A stretch of 63,650 nucleotides of DNA, filler included, from Reticulomyxa filosa (lineage: Eukaryota; Protista; Foraminifera): the NCBI GenBank assembly GCA_000512085.1. It is 22 parts of 22 records of this genome, joined end to end, with 100 filler letters (N's around TTAATTAATTAA, not from the genome) between each part and the next. Parts side by side here need not be neighbours in the genome. Positions count along the whole stretch, not along the records: positions 24,034 to 26,262 come from ASPP01040681.1; positions 26,363 to 27,504 come from ASPP01018220.1; positions 27,605 to 28,672 come from ASPP01016806.1; positions 28,773 to 30,936 come from ASPP01048045.1; positions 31,037 to 32,267 come from ASPP01002973.1; positions 32,368 to 33,956 come from ASPP01000443.1; positions 34,057 to 36,791 come from ASPP01003248.1; 15 more parts are not named here. One strand, 5' to 3'. Made by a program: the position numbers and the translations under genes. The notes under the pieces are model-generated. The model saw nothing but the letters and a program-made list of their open reading frames with translations. It was not told the DNA's origin and ran no database searches. Shown piece after piece: positions 23,934 to 36,791 of the stretch. The number at the start of each line of letters is the position of its first letter. Position 1 is the stretch's first letter.

Positions 23934-24033
23934 NNNNNNNNNNNNNNNNNNNNNNNNNNNNNNNNNNNNNNNNNNNNTTAATTAATTAANNNNNNNNNNN
24001 NNNNNNNNNNNNNNNNNNNNNNNNNNNNNNNNN

Positions 24034-25190
24034 AAGCCAATAAAGTATTGTTAGATAGTCCACAATGGACGGATACTTGCCCAATCGACGGCTGTGGTGT
24101 AATATTTAAAACGGAAGTTGGGTTACATACACACGTAAACAAACACATTACAAAAGATTAAAACCTTGCCATCCCGCCACCATACTTCAATGTATACAAA
24201 AGAGTATCTTGCTTCCACTGCCGAATAACAATAACAACAAATCATGCAATTCATAGCATGCACCACAAATGCTCCAAGGATGTACACCAACCGCAACAAC
24301 CACTATCAGATATTAAAATTGACTTCGATGCTCCAGTAGAAGTGGATGAATTGGCCCAATGGATATTTCCAAGACCGGAGGAAATTGCATTATTCCAGGC
24401 AAACATCATTGCAAGGATACTCAAAGCGGCAAGAAGCCATTTAGCATCGATTGCCAGCGTCGCGCTGATGGATATATCAAATAGAAACAACAGAGAATCA
24501 TGAGTCAAGTGGATGGCCATGATACGTACAATCTTGTAGGCCCCAAGGAGAGGGAGACCAAGATCATCATGGATAGCATAAAAATGTAGATAGAAAAATT
24601 ATTTGGCCAATATGTAAAGATTTTTTGATTCATTCCAGCGAAGTCTTTGAGGCCGCCAAAAATGTTATTACCACCTCCACCAAGCAAAATAGCATTGCCA
24701 GAAACAAAAGGTGTATCCAATTCGCGACCATAGGAGAGCTTTCAAAGGCTTTCAAGTCATTGTCACAGTCGCCTTCCATACAATATAATGATAGCGTGAT
24801 CACCGCACTTCGCAGCAAACGTCCAAATGAACCACCACCGTCCGATATTGTCGCATCATTCACACATAACAGGGACCCTAGCATGCCACTATTTCCAATA
24901 CATAAACACATTACTATCGATGAATTGACAAAATATATTAATAAATTGAACAGAACGTCGTCGGTGGGTATTGATCTTTTCACGGCGCAACACTTGATCG
25001 ATCTAGAACCATACCAGGTCGAATCGGATACGTTGGCGAATTGGGCGAAAGTGGCACAGTTGATAATCGAAGAGAGATTGCGCCCAGATGCCCAGGCCAT
25101 TGCATATGGGGCTAGGTTAATTGCCATTATCGAACCGGATAATACGCCAAGACTAATTGCCGTTGAGTCTCTTTTTCGTAGTAAAAATAC
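24034..25190 (+). mobile_element. Degenerate CRE/SLACS-type non-LTR retrotransposon fragment (C2H2 finger plus start of the RT domain)
   Basis: CPIDGCGVIFKTEVGLHTHVNKH finger; SSVGIDLFTAQHL and YGARLIAIIEPDNTPRLIAVESLFR resemble RT subdomains 0-2; stops and abrupt truncation. Confidence 0.7.
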
Positions 25191-25346
25191 ATATTATGCA
25201 TTATTATTAATGTAATGCAAACATAAGTGAAAATGGAAAGCAATTTATGTTTTTTTACTTAATATTTTTGATTATTGTTTTATTATTTATTACTTTAAGT
25301 ACAACTTGCTTCGAAGGGTGATCATTATATTAAACTGTAAAAATAA

Positions 25347-25879
25347 TTTTGTAGATGCATAGAATAAATCACAGACTATCTTTCCTCTATGCTGTACTAT
25401 CTTATCTCTTGCATTTATTTGAAAAATTCTTTATTTTCCTTTTTCCTCAGATGCTTGAAAAATTTAATGTTCAAAAAAACTATCTTACCAAACAAAAAAG
25501 TTTGAAATGAATTACACTGACTAATATTAAAGTATTTAACGCACAATAAACATAAAAAAATAAAAATCATTGTGGGGAAGCAATGTGATAAGGGATGAGA
25601 GTGGTCAAGTGGTTGGTAACTGAGAGTGTGAAACTGCAAAGGACATACAAAGAGAATTGGAAAAAACTGATATCATATCAATGTATCACGCAATAGTAAC
25701 TAAAAAAATTCTTTACAGTTTGATAGAGATGTAATAAAAAAAATTTGTTAAAAAAAAAAGGCATGCTGTAAAAGCCACCTAAAAAAATTGAATGTACAAC
25801 CTTTCAAATAAATGCAAGAGATAAGAGAGTACAGCATAGAAAAAAGATAGTCTGTGATTTGTCCTATGCATCTAAAAAT
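25347..25879. mobile_element. MITE-like element with about 75-bp imperfect terminal inverted repeats
   Basis: TAGATGCATAGAATAAATCACAGACTATC...GCATTTATTTGAAA (about 25352-25424) is the near reverse complement of 25802-25874; non-coding interior. Confidence 0.6.
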
Positions 25880-26362
25880 AAAAAAAGACATTCATTCAAC
25901 TCTTGAATTTGCTATTTTCATTTCTCATGAAAGACAAATTTTGATACACTTTCAAATTTTGATAGATAACAAAAAAGCAATAAATGCATTCTGATGGCTT
26001 TTGGTAATACCATAATAATGATAAAAAATGTTAGCGACAACAAAAAAAAAACAAAACATAACACAATGAACTCCTTTCATATGCAATCACAATCATCAAA
26101 TTTGAACCAAAAAATGACGGCAATTATCATACAAAAAAAAAAAAACTATTCGAGTTCACTAACCACCTTATTGTAATGATATTGCAATTCATCATAATGG
26201 CTAAGCACTCCAATTTTAAAAAAAAGCAAAGGAAGGGAAAAGCGAAAAAGAAAGGGTAAAATNNNNNNNNNNNNNNNNNNNNNNNNNNNNNNNNNNNNNN
26301 NNNNNNTTAATTAATTAANNNNNNNNNNNNNNNNNNNNNNNNNNNNNNNNNNNNNNNNNNNN

Positions 26363-26754
26363 GAGCGAGTCGGAGATCATCTCGAGATACTCCGTGCGAT
26401 CGACTTCCAGCGCCACGTCGACATGGAAATCCCAGGTCTTGCCGACCATGCAGACATTGCGCGCCTTGGTCTGCAGGATCGCGGCGAGACCCGGATCGTT
26501 GGCGGCGCTGCGGCCGGCGCGACGGTCATCCCGAAGGCCACGAACTTGGCGTTCTGGAACTCCGGCGGATCGGCGAAGAACCGGTCGTCGGTGGGATTGG
26601 CGCCCGGCCAGCCGCCTTCAATATAGTCGATGCCCAACCGGTCGAGCTCGCGCGCGATCGCGGCCTTGTCGGCCACGGTGAAATCGACGCCCTGCGTCTG
26701 GGCCCCGTCTCGCAGGGTGGTGTCGAAGAGATAGACTCGGTTGGATGACGTCAT
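26363..26754 (-). CDS. cimA: Citramalate synthase (LeuA family), N-terminal fragment, alphaproteobacterial-like
   Basis: [17 protein letters not shown]...[13 protein letters not shown]; after a 1-nt shift near 26523 continues [13 protein letters not shown]. Confidence 0.9.
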
Positions 26755-26892
26755 GACTCGGCCTTTTCGAAGGGCCGGGACCATACGCCCCCAGCCAACC
26801 CTATATAAGCGCCTATTTTCTTCTCCCTTAAATAGGGTTATTGATGCAAACCTATTTAAGAATAGAAGCCCCTCGCCTTTGCATAGGTTTGC

Positions 26893-27504
26893 CGTGCGCA
26901 GAAGTGATCTAAGCGGGCCGATCCAACGCCAGTTGAAAAAAACTCCCCAGGCCCTTCGAGTCCCACTACGGCGTGGTTCCCTTGCCGCCGCCGGAAGAAG
27001 CAATAGCGCTATCGACTGCCCTGCCCCACCTGCGCGCAGCGTCCGAGGCCTTGGGCAGGGTCAACACGCTCGCCGCCGAATTGAAGGACCCCTTCATCGT
27101 CAGCCGCATTCTCACAAGGCGCGAAGCGGTGAGCAGTTCCGCCATCGAAGGCACCAACAGCACCTTGGACGAGCTGTTGACCATGGAAGAGCGGGACCTC
27201 GACGATGGTCAGGCTGTCACGGACGCAACGGCGCAGGTTCGCGACTATGCCCGTCTGCTGGAAACCACAATCCCCCAAGCCGCCGAAATGGGCCCGGAGG
27301 TCTTCACCGTTGAGTTGATCCGCGACCTCCATCGCAACGTCATGGCCAGCGATTCGGCCTATCAGGACGAACCTGGCGTCCTGAGAAAGAATGTGGTGTG
27401 GATTGGCGGCGGCGGAAACATCGCGAACTCCACCTACAATCCGGCGCCACCAGGAGACATATCCAGATCGCTTGCGGAGACCATCGATTATCTCCGCTGC
27501 AACG
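26893..27504 (+). CDS. Fic family protein (Fic_N plus start of Fic domain), 3' partial
   Basis: [43 protein letters not shown]...YNPAPP; A7 run near 26935 shifts the N-terminus. Confidence 0.85.
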
Positions 27505-27604
27505 NNNNNNNNNNNNNNNNNNNNNNNNNNNNNNNNNNNNNNNNNNNNTTAATTAATTAANNNNNNNNNNNNNNNNNNNNNNNNNNNNNNNNNNNNNNNN
27601 NNNN

Positions 27605-28672
27605 GCATTGCCGGCATGATGGCCACCATGATCGAGGCCGAGAAGTTCGGCCTGTCGGTTGACGTGGTGGATGATCTGACCGGCAAGAAGCTGGGCCGCG
27701 CCTCCAGCGGCACCTTCCGCACCGCCGACGTGGTGGGCCTGGACACCATGGCCCATGTCGTGAAGACGATGCAGGACAACCTGAAGGATGACCCCTTCTA
27801 CAGCACCTATGCCACGCCCAAGGTGCTGGCCGCGCTGATCGAGAAGGGCGCGCTGGGCCAGAAAAGCGGTGCCGGCTTCTACAAGAAGGTCGGCAAGGAC
27901 ATCCAGCGCCTGGACTTCGCCACCGGCGAGTACGTCGCTGGCGGCAAGAAGGCCGACGAGATCGTCGCCCGCATGCTGAAGAAACCCGCGGCGGACCGCA
28001 TCAAGCTGCTGCGCGAGTCCAGCAACCCGCAGGCCCAGTTCCTTTGGAGCATCCTGCGTGACAGCTTCCACTACGCCGCCGTGCACCTGAACACCGTGGC
28101 CGACACCGCCCGCGAGATCGACTTCGCGATGCGCTGGGGCTTCGGAAGCCAGCAAGGTCCCTTCGAGCTGTGGCAAGCCGCCGGCTGGAAGCAGGTGGCC
28201 GAGTGGATTGCTGCCGACATCGCCGAAGGCAAGACCCTGTCCAGCGCCCCGCTTCCGGCCTGGGTGACCGAAGGCCCGGTGGCCGAGAACGGCGGCGTGC
28301 ACAGCGCCAACGGTTCCTGGAGTGCCGCCGAGGGCAAGTTCAAGGCGAAGCCGAAGCTGCCGGTCTATGAGCGTCAGGCTTTCCCCGAGTCCCTGGTGGG
28401 CGAGGGCGCGGTCGAGCCGCTGAAGGCCGGCACGGAAGAGTTCAAGAACGAAGAGATCCGCGTCTGGACGCTGGACGGCGAGGTGCTGATCGCCTCGATC
28501 ACCGCCAAGCTGCACCTGATCAGCCCGACCGTGACCGAGGGCCTGCTGAAGGCCGTCGAGATTGCCGAGGCCAAGTACAAGGGCCTGGTGATCTGGTCGC
28601 CGGACGATGTGTTCTCGGCTGGCGCCAACCTCGAAGCGCTGATGCCGGTCTTCATGACCAAGGGCGCCAAGG
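27605..28672 (+). CDS. 3-hydroxyacyl-CoA dehydrogenase/enoyl-CoA hydratase (FadN-like), internal fragment, betaproteobacterial-like
   Basis: TFRTADVVGLDT, LGQKSGAGFYKK, IDFAMRWGFG...GPFELW, FSAGANL; high GC. Confidence 0.9.
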
Positions 28673-28772
28673 NNNNNNNNNNNNNNNNNNNNNNNNNNNN
28701 NNNNNNNNNNNNNNNNTTAATTAATTAANNNNNNNNNNNNNNNNNNNNNNNNNNNNNNNNNNNNNNNNNNNN

Positions 28773-28893
28773 TTTGTTTCTCTCTGTTGTATGCCTTCAT
28801 TATTGATGTCATGCTCCGCACAGTACTGTTCCCACACTGCATTTCCAAGTGAATGCCTGCTTGACCGACTTGTATTGTTATAATTTCACGCAT
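28773..28893 (-). CDS. Alpha-tubulin paralog, first exon, truncated by contig end (1-nt shift)
   Basis: MREIITIQVGQAGI.LGNAVWEQYCAEHDI, very similar to the start of the tubulin at 60468. Confidence 0.75.
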
Positions 28894-30333
28894 TATTCTT
28901 AAAGTTCACTCAAAAGGGGGAAGATTTAGTTTTTACGCAGGAGAAGGTAAGTAACAAAGTAAAAATTTTCCTTTTAGAAAAATGTATAAATACATTTGAT
29001 TATTTCAAATGAAGACTTGATACTGTTGAAATTTCTTGAAATAGTACATATCCTATTACGTGTATTGGTTCTGCACCAAGCCTACTACAACTATTGCACA
29101 TTTTATTTAGATAGAGAAAATTTTATCTTTAATTGCCTTTTTTTCGCATATATCTGCAAAATATTTCAAACAATTTGTTTAACCGAAAACCCGACTAAAC
29201 CTACTATTTTTTTAAAAACTATCACTCAACCAAACCAAAATGGAGTTTTATAAAAATTAAACCAATTGGTACCGCCTAGGACAAATTTTTTCTTCCTCTT
29301 TTCCTTTTTTTTTCACTGTCTTTATAAAGACAAAATTAGGATGGATATATAATTTTGATAAAATTATTATAAAATTTAGTAAATGAAATAAATTTTGAAG
29401 AAAATAATTAAAATAAATATTGTTTTGATTTCGGTTTTATTTCATAATTATGAAATTTTCTTAGGTTTTTCAAAATATAAAAAAAGTGTACAATTAAACA
29501 AATTAAATTATTGAATAAATTCGATGAACGCTTTATAGCTGATTTTCTCCATATAAATAAATCGATTTTAATATTTATGACTCTTTAGAAAGTTTCTAAA
29601 AAAATATAACATAATCTTGCTACTGACCATTTATAATAATTGAGGAACTATGCTTAAATTATGAACAAAATTAACATATTAAATCAAAAAACAACAATTA
29701 ATCTTTAGCGCACGAAGAGTCACTTAAAAGTTTTCTTTGCATTGGCTGTTTAGGTCTTATAATTTTCTTTGGATAGATTCATCGTAATTGTAATGTTCTA
29801 CTTAATTGACTAATGTGTACGTGGAGGTATTTCTTGTATTATGATTTGGTCTTGATTTGTTCTTTCTTTGGTCTTGATTAGCTTGATCATCGACATGACT
29901 GGTATGTCCATGGAGAGAATTTGGGGCTTTACCTCACACTCTCTTTTAAAATTCTCTTCAATCAACTGACTATGCCCTCGTCAAGATGATGCTAATACAC
30001 ATTTTAATTTGTTCTTTTATACGAATATGGACAACACTGTCTCTTTGTACAATGATCTTCCCGCTGTAATGATGGAATTTAATTGCAAAGAGAAAAAAAA
30101 TACTTTTGACTGGCCTAAAGACAAGCGTTTGTAATCAAGGCAGCGACCTTATCACATATACTCTTAAAGAAGAGGACATTTGCTGTCAAGAAATAATAAG
30201 TAAAAAAATTGCTTTTAAATAATTAAAAGCAAAAAAAAAGTTCGCATCAACTTTTTAAAAAAACTACAAAAATCAATAAAGATGAAACAAAAAATCATGC
30301 TATAAAAAATCAATTATCTCTATGTGTAAAAAT

Positions 30334-30936
30334 TTATTGCATTTTAATATAGTTTATAATAATTTTGTTAAAGTCATCAATCCATCCAAATTTTATTTCT
30401 GAATTTCGAATCCAATATTCAATAATCAATTTTGATTCTCTTTTTAACTGTTCATTATTTATTATCAATTAGTTTTACTTAATAAAATTTATTTATGTTT
30501 AATCAAAAAAAAAAATAACCAACTGTGAAGGATCCCATGCACGCACCGTTGTTTTTATGTGAGTTAATACTAATGCATGTGCATTATTTCTTCCTCCAAT
30601 GATATGTATATCATTGTCTTCTTCACTCAATATTGCAATAAATGAATGCAATGAACTGGGTAAAGCGTTTTCAAATTTTTATCCATTCCTTTTCTCGAAT
30701 TGAATACTTGTGCACTGGTCTTGAAGTAGCACTGCTATCACCATTCCATCCACCAAAAAACAAGATGACATCATTGATACGCACATATGCATATGCAAAT
30801 AATTTTGCAATATCATCACAAACATGTAGTTTATGAAATTGAAAAGTGTTGTTATCTTCATCATATTCAATTGATAGTCCTGAGTTAAAATGAAACAATA
30901 GCATTTGATAATTTTGTTTATTTGTTTTCATCATTT
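30334..30936 (-). CDS. Kelch-repeat protein C-terminal fragment (possible pseudogene)
   Basis: YAYVRINDVILFFGGW...VHKYSIREKEW, IHIIGG; last exon IIEYWIR...GWIDDFNKII. Confidence 0.75.
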
Positions 30937-31036
30937 NNNNNNNNNNNNNNNNNNNNNNNNNNNNNNNNNNNNNNNNNNNNTTAATTAATTAANNNNNNNN
31001 NNNNNNNNNNNNNNNNNNNNNNNNNNNNNNNNNNNN

Positions 31037-32267
31037 ATACGTTGGCGAATCTTATGTTCTTTTAGGAGATATTTATCTTGCAAGAGGAAATAAAACTAAA
31101 GCAAAGAAATGTTATGAAAATGCATTCGGGGTTTTTAATACAAGGTTTGGTGAACAACATCAAAAGACAGTGCGTGTGAGATTGATATTGGAACATATCA
31201 ATGAAGTTTGATTATCTATTGTTTAATTATATTTAGTCACAGATAATAATAAAAATAAAAACAAAAAAAAAAGAAGGATAAAAGTGTACAATGGTGGGAA
31301 GAAAAAGATGAAAATAATAAAGATGAAATTATTGGAAAATTTAAACGCTTAACACGAAATGGTTTTAGAGAATGGTTGTTGGATCAAAAGGAATGGAAAG
31401 ATGATGTGAAGAGTGAAGATATTCCTGCAATTCGTGCTACCATTGAATCAGATATTGAATATGACGCTGTAATGATGTTTTGTTTTTTAATACTTTTTTT
31501 TTTATTTAAGAATCAAACAAAACAATGTGGTTTATCGAAATAGAACAATCATAATTACGAAGAAAAGAAAGTGGAGGTTTTGATATTTTCTTTTTTTTAT
31601 TTTGCTGTCAATTTGTTTAATTTTTGTACTTTTCAAAAAAAATAAACAAAATAACAGCAACAAGCATATATAATTGTGGATAAAACAAAGAAATTGATAA
31701 AAATGAAAGATTTGACATTAGAAGAGTTGACCCGTCAGAGTTTTTCTTGTATAAATTCGCAATTTTCTAAAAAAATGCAACAAGAGAATTGGGCATTTGA
31801 CTTAGTTGATATGAGTGACAATATTATCAATTCAGATAAAGCGGTTCGACAATCATTTATGACGGAAAAACCTTCATTTAAAATACTTTGGAAATTAATA
31901 GTAAATGGAAAACACAAGATAATAAAGAACGCATTAGTTGTGATGATTGCAATTAGTGAATATATTGATGACACAAAATGGCCTAATATTCCAAATCTGA
32001 AAAAAAAGAATGCTAGAAATTACCAACAAATATTTAGAGAAGAATTAAATTATCAATTTATGAGTAATAAACATCCAAAAATGCAAAAACGTTCTGTGCA
32101 ATCGTTTTTGGCCAAATTTGCCGCAAAGTATAAACTTCATGATAGTAGTCACGAATACGATGGATTGATAATAATTATTTGCGGACACGGAGAGAATGGA
32201 AATATGTTAGTGGCGAGTGATGGAAAATCTTTATCAATTGACGAAATTTATGAATCACTTGGTTGTG
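31037..32267 (+). CDS. TPR + PB1-like + caspase-like (peptidase C14) protein, partial at both ends
   Basis: TPR helix pair (ESYVLLGDIY...AKKCYENA) spliced in frame to NALVVMIAISEY...YDGLIIIICGHG. Confidence 0.75.
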
Positions 32268-32370
32268 NNNNNNNNNNNNNNNNNNNNNNNNNNNNNNNNN
32301 NNNNNNNNNNNTTAATTAATTAANNNNNNNNNNNNNNNNNNNNNNNNNNNNNNNNNNNNNNNNNNNNCCC

Positions 32371-32408
<38 letters not shown>

Positions 32409-32419
32409 AAGTTGGTTAA

Positions 32420-33111
32420 CCAGAACTAACATGTTGATGAAATTTAGCGTGGATCCATCTGTATTGTTTGCCATAGGTGAAATACGTATACTTACAGAGA
32501 AATAAAGACGACAACACATACGTATATGTGCAATATGTACATAATTATATACGGCACATTTTCATGTATTCCTTCTACTTTCTCTTTTCTTTATTTTACA
32601 AACTGCTTTAATTTGGGTGCATGTGAATCAACCAAGGGTGCAGGAAAGACGCGAAATCCAAGTCTTTCCATGATTCTGCTTAAGCGAGAATTGTGATCAC
32701 TTGTGAAATAAAATATAAAAGACGCTGCCCATGCAAATGGAAGTATTAGAAAAAAATACATTACTTGCTTTCCTCCCGATTTGTGACCACAAAATTCGAC
32801 CACAAATGCAAAGCAATAGGCCAGTTGGGCCAACACTAATATCATCAAACTTATCCCAAAAAATACGTAGCGGCCACGGAGGTAGAACTCTACTAATATA
32901 TACAAATCTGTGAACAAATCTGCCACATTTATTATCGCGTTTGTCACGTCATACACAAAATTTCCCAATTTTCCACAAAAATCGCTTTTCTGCCTGAGCT
33001 CCTCGTTTCGTCCTTTTTGTTTGGCTTGTTCTTGTTGACACAGTACAACCAAAAACACTTGTCAACAGAATCAGAAGCTCACAAACTGTTGGTATCCTGG
33101 GCAATCTCCAT
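32420..33111 (-). CDS. XK-related-like membrane protein, N-terminal part
   Basis: IINVADLFTDLYILVEFY...FFGISLMIL pattern (ADxxTD first helix) plus further TM segments. Confidence 0.5.
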
Positions 33112-34056
33112 TTATTCAATTTATGATCACTGAGTATGAACAGATTGTAAATTTATATTCGTTCCTTTTTGTTGGACTTGAAAAAAAGTTTTTGTACTAA
33201 AAAACTTACGTCTACAAACACAGCAATTGACAGTTTGTGTATGTAAGAAATGACTTCCTGCATGTTTATCTTTTTTTACGTTTAGTGAAAAAACCGAATT
33301 TTTCACTCTTTATACAATGTTTTTCTTTCTCTTGTTTTGTTCGTTTGTTTCTTCCATTCACTTATTTTTGATTTTATTAAAATTTTCTAAGAACATAGCT
33401 GTCTATTATTCTTATGTTAGTACCGCAAAAGTAGCTTTTTTCTGGCTGATGAGCATATTATTATATCGTAGCAATTTGTATAAGCATATGATTGATTTCT
33501 GTGCAAAAGCAATGTCAGAAATGTATTAAGTCATATATTCAATATACTTATTAAGTTTATCGTCAAATTTGTACATAATAGTTTATTGTCTTTTCTCCAA
33601 ATAGAAATAAGTAAACTGATTTTGTTGCATGACAATACATGGACGTTCGAAGAATGTGCAATTAATGTTTTATTGCATTTGTTGATATACAAATCACATA
33701 ATCACACTGTTGCATCAGTACTTCCAGTTGTGTAGACACGCTAATCATATATCATATACAGTAAGATAAAAAGAAAGTTGACACCTAAAATGCCAACTTA
33801 TAGAGATAATTGTGTTTCTCCATGAAAAAACAACATTTAATCAAAATTTTTTTTTAAAAAATATCTACGAATTGTGTAGTTTTTAAATATCATTTTGGTT
33901 TTTTAATAAGTATTTACAATTTTTTCAAAAATTTTATTCTTTCATTTACTTTAAAANNNNNNNNNNNNNNNNNNNNNNNNNNNNNNNNNNNNNNNNNNNN
34001 TTAATTAATTAANNNNNNNNNNNNNNNNNNNNNNNNNNNNNNNNNNNNNNNNNNNN

Positions 34057-35100
34057 CAAGAATCAAGAATCAAGAAAACAAGAAATGGAAGAAGATATTG
34101 CTATAATACAAGCGCTGGAAACGTATATTCCATTACAAGCAAATATGAATAATGAAGACAATGAAAAAAAAAGACAATTAACATGTCATTGAGTTTTTAG
34201 AGGAATAATAATACAAGATAAATCAAAATCAGGAAAAAGAAAAGTATATTTTGTTGTCATTTGGAAGAGATATTATGTAATAATATTTGATAAATATAGT
34301 CAAAGTGATAACAATGACAAATACTTTTATGATCATTTTAATTTAAATCAATGAAACATAAGAGTGATTGATTATTACTTGTAGAAGTATTAAGCAATGA
34401 TATCTTTAAATCATCTTCAAAATAAAAAAAGTGTTGTTTTGAAGTTGTCATTATGCTTCCTAAGATTATTTCAGATGCATTTGAATGGTTTGATCAAAAT
34501 CTTGAAAAAACAAGAATTGTCTTAACCTGGCTATCTGAGAACACGCAACAACAGAATGTAATTATACTATTCAAAAGTATTGGCAATCAACTTCAGAAAC
34601 ATGGAGAAATTGCAATCAAATGTTTCTTGACATAATCACGAAATTAAAAAATTAAAAGAAATGTGTAAAGCTTCCAACTTGAATGATAAATAATAGATTG
34701 AAAGAAATACGTTTGCATATTTTGAAACAAACTTTATACAATAACTTATTTTACAAATGTCATACATCAGGTCAAGATTTACAACAAATATTTGGAAAAA
34801 TGGAACATAACTTAAAATGAATTGACAATAATTGATATTATCAATATAATTCTATTCAAATATTACATCTGTGGAATTGCTATCAATCTACAATCTATTT
34901 TTTTGATTTATTTTGTTGTTTAATAAAACAGATAATATAAACAATATAACAAATCTCTTTACAAGACATTGGATTAGAGACAGAATGAGTATGTTATGGA
35001 ATGAAAAATGGAAAGATTATTTAATTTTATTTAATGTTATTGGATAAAAAAAAATTAAAAATCATTACAAGTTGGAAATCCAAACAAATCATTATTCGAA
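34057..35100 (+). pseudogene. Highly degraded coding remnant (possibly NACHT/HEAT family)
   Basis: Fragments IQALETYIPLQAN and IQDKSKSGK (P-loop-like) interrupted by many stops. Confidence 0.3.
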
Positions 35101-36092
35101 TTTAATGTGAGTATTCAATAGTATAATCACATGCCAAATGGAGTTGTCTCATTCTTAATCATGCTTGGCACTTCCGCACAATGGATATATATGATAGAAA
35201 TAATTTATCAAATTGTGTATCAGTTAATGATGCAAATGTCTTTATCAATTATAAATTTATCAATTGTATAATTTAATCTCTTTCTGACAAAGTTTTTTAA
35301 TTGTTTGTCTTGACCAAAAAAAAAAAAAAATAATAATGCACACAAATAAGATTATTAACAAGAATATCAACAAGAACAACAATTTGTACAAAAAGGCCAA
35401 CTACAGCTTCAACGAAAAAACCGACCAAAGTACCTACAAGAAGGCCAACCAAGTAAATGTTTATTTACGATTATATACACGAATCATTTTCATTATTTTT
35501 ATAAAATGCATTGAATGATAAAATTGATTGAATAGGATACCAACTAAACCTCTAACACAATTATCAATCAAAAAAAATATAAACAATTCGAATCAAAGTA
35601 ATTTGAATAATAGCTGCTGTAGACGCCAAAGTAAAGCAGCAATAGTTATAGCAATAAGCCTTCAACGTTGACTATAACGAAGTTGGTTTTTTGGTAGTAA
35701 ATGGTAATTTTTTTTAAAGAGGAACATGATCCCAAGTTTTTTTATTTTCTTATTTGTGAGTGGAAATTAAGTGTTTTGTGAAATTTCTTTTAGTATCACA
35801 ATTGTTACTTTATGAAAAAAAAACATCACAAATCAACAATTCGAACAAATCAATATGATTTATTCTTTCATTTGATTTGATAAAATTCTAAAAAAAAGTT
35901 GCCAATCTTTTTTTAAACAATTTTTTTTTGAAAAATAAAATAGTATTATATATTAACTTATCAAAATAAGCTAGATTTTGGAATAGTGTACTATAATCTC
36001 TGTTTTTTTTTCCAAAAATATTTAAAAAGTGAACAAGTGGTTTAAAAAACCTGGGGTAAAACAAAAAGTTTTTTTTCAGATAATCATTAAAC

Positions 36093-36791
36093 ATGTCTTC
36101 GAAAGCTTTCATTTTTTTTGAAAATAAGATTCATGAAGTGACATTTACTTCATTCACTTTCCAAAATTTGACAGAAAAAGCGACTGAAGTAATTCTCAAC
36201 ACTCATACTTTTACTTCTACGCGAAATTTTAAAATTACTGACAACAATCACCAAGATATTAACAATGATCAACAAGTGCAAGCTGCTTTTAAAATGTCAC
36301 CGGTTTTCTTTTTCGTTCATCCAATTCACAGTTCAGTTTAAATATCTATTAATTTTTAACAAAATTAAAATACAATAATTTATTGAATCAAATAGATAAC
36401 AATACAGAAGAAAAAGAAAAAGAAAAAAATGATGATATACAATGCCACAATATTGTCAATCCATTAGTATTATTAACAGGTGCCGTGAAATATGATAAAT
36501 CTGATTATTTGCCTGGTGTGAAAGTTGATTTAATGATGCTAAAAAAGTTATTTCAAATGTATGGATATGATGTACATTGCACTTATGATCCAGATAAACC
36601 TGAAACTGAAGTGTTAAACTTAAATCAATTGAACCTGTTTTTAATGCAACATTGCATTAATTTACTTAAAGCAAATAATAACAATAAATACGATGCATTA
36701 ATATTTGTGTGGTGTGGTCATGGTATGATAACAGAAGAAGGAGATGCATTAGTGACATCAGACGATAAGAAATATAAATTACTTAAGAAAG
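36093..36791 (+). CDS. PB1-like + caspase-like (peptidase C14) protein, 3' partial
   Basis: NPLVLLTGAVKY...LPGVKVDLMMLKKLF...YDALIFVWCGHG...LVTSD; one intron near 36331-36395. Confidence 0.75.

Noticed and set aside
26515-26945. Programmed frameshifts or pseudogenisation in cimA, Fic, the methyltransferase, the CopG-like gene and the kelch gene
   Set aside because: Nearly all shifts are 1-nt changes in homopolymer runs across unrelated organisms, which is typical of sequencing error.
27553-28515. Long antisense or alternative-frame ORFs (27553-28515, 42857-43678, 44626-45444)
   Set aside because: These are shadows of GC-rich or low-complexity real genes and carry no independent motifs.
26363-28672. 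cimA-fic-fadN as one operon or system
   Set aside because: FadN is on a different contig with a different apparent origin. cimA and fic are merely divergent neighbours.
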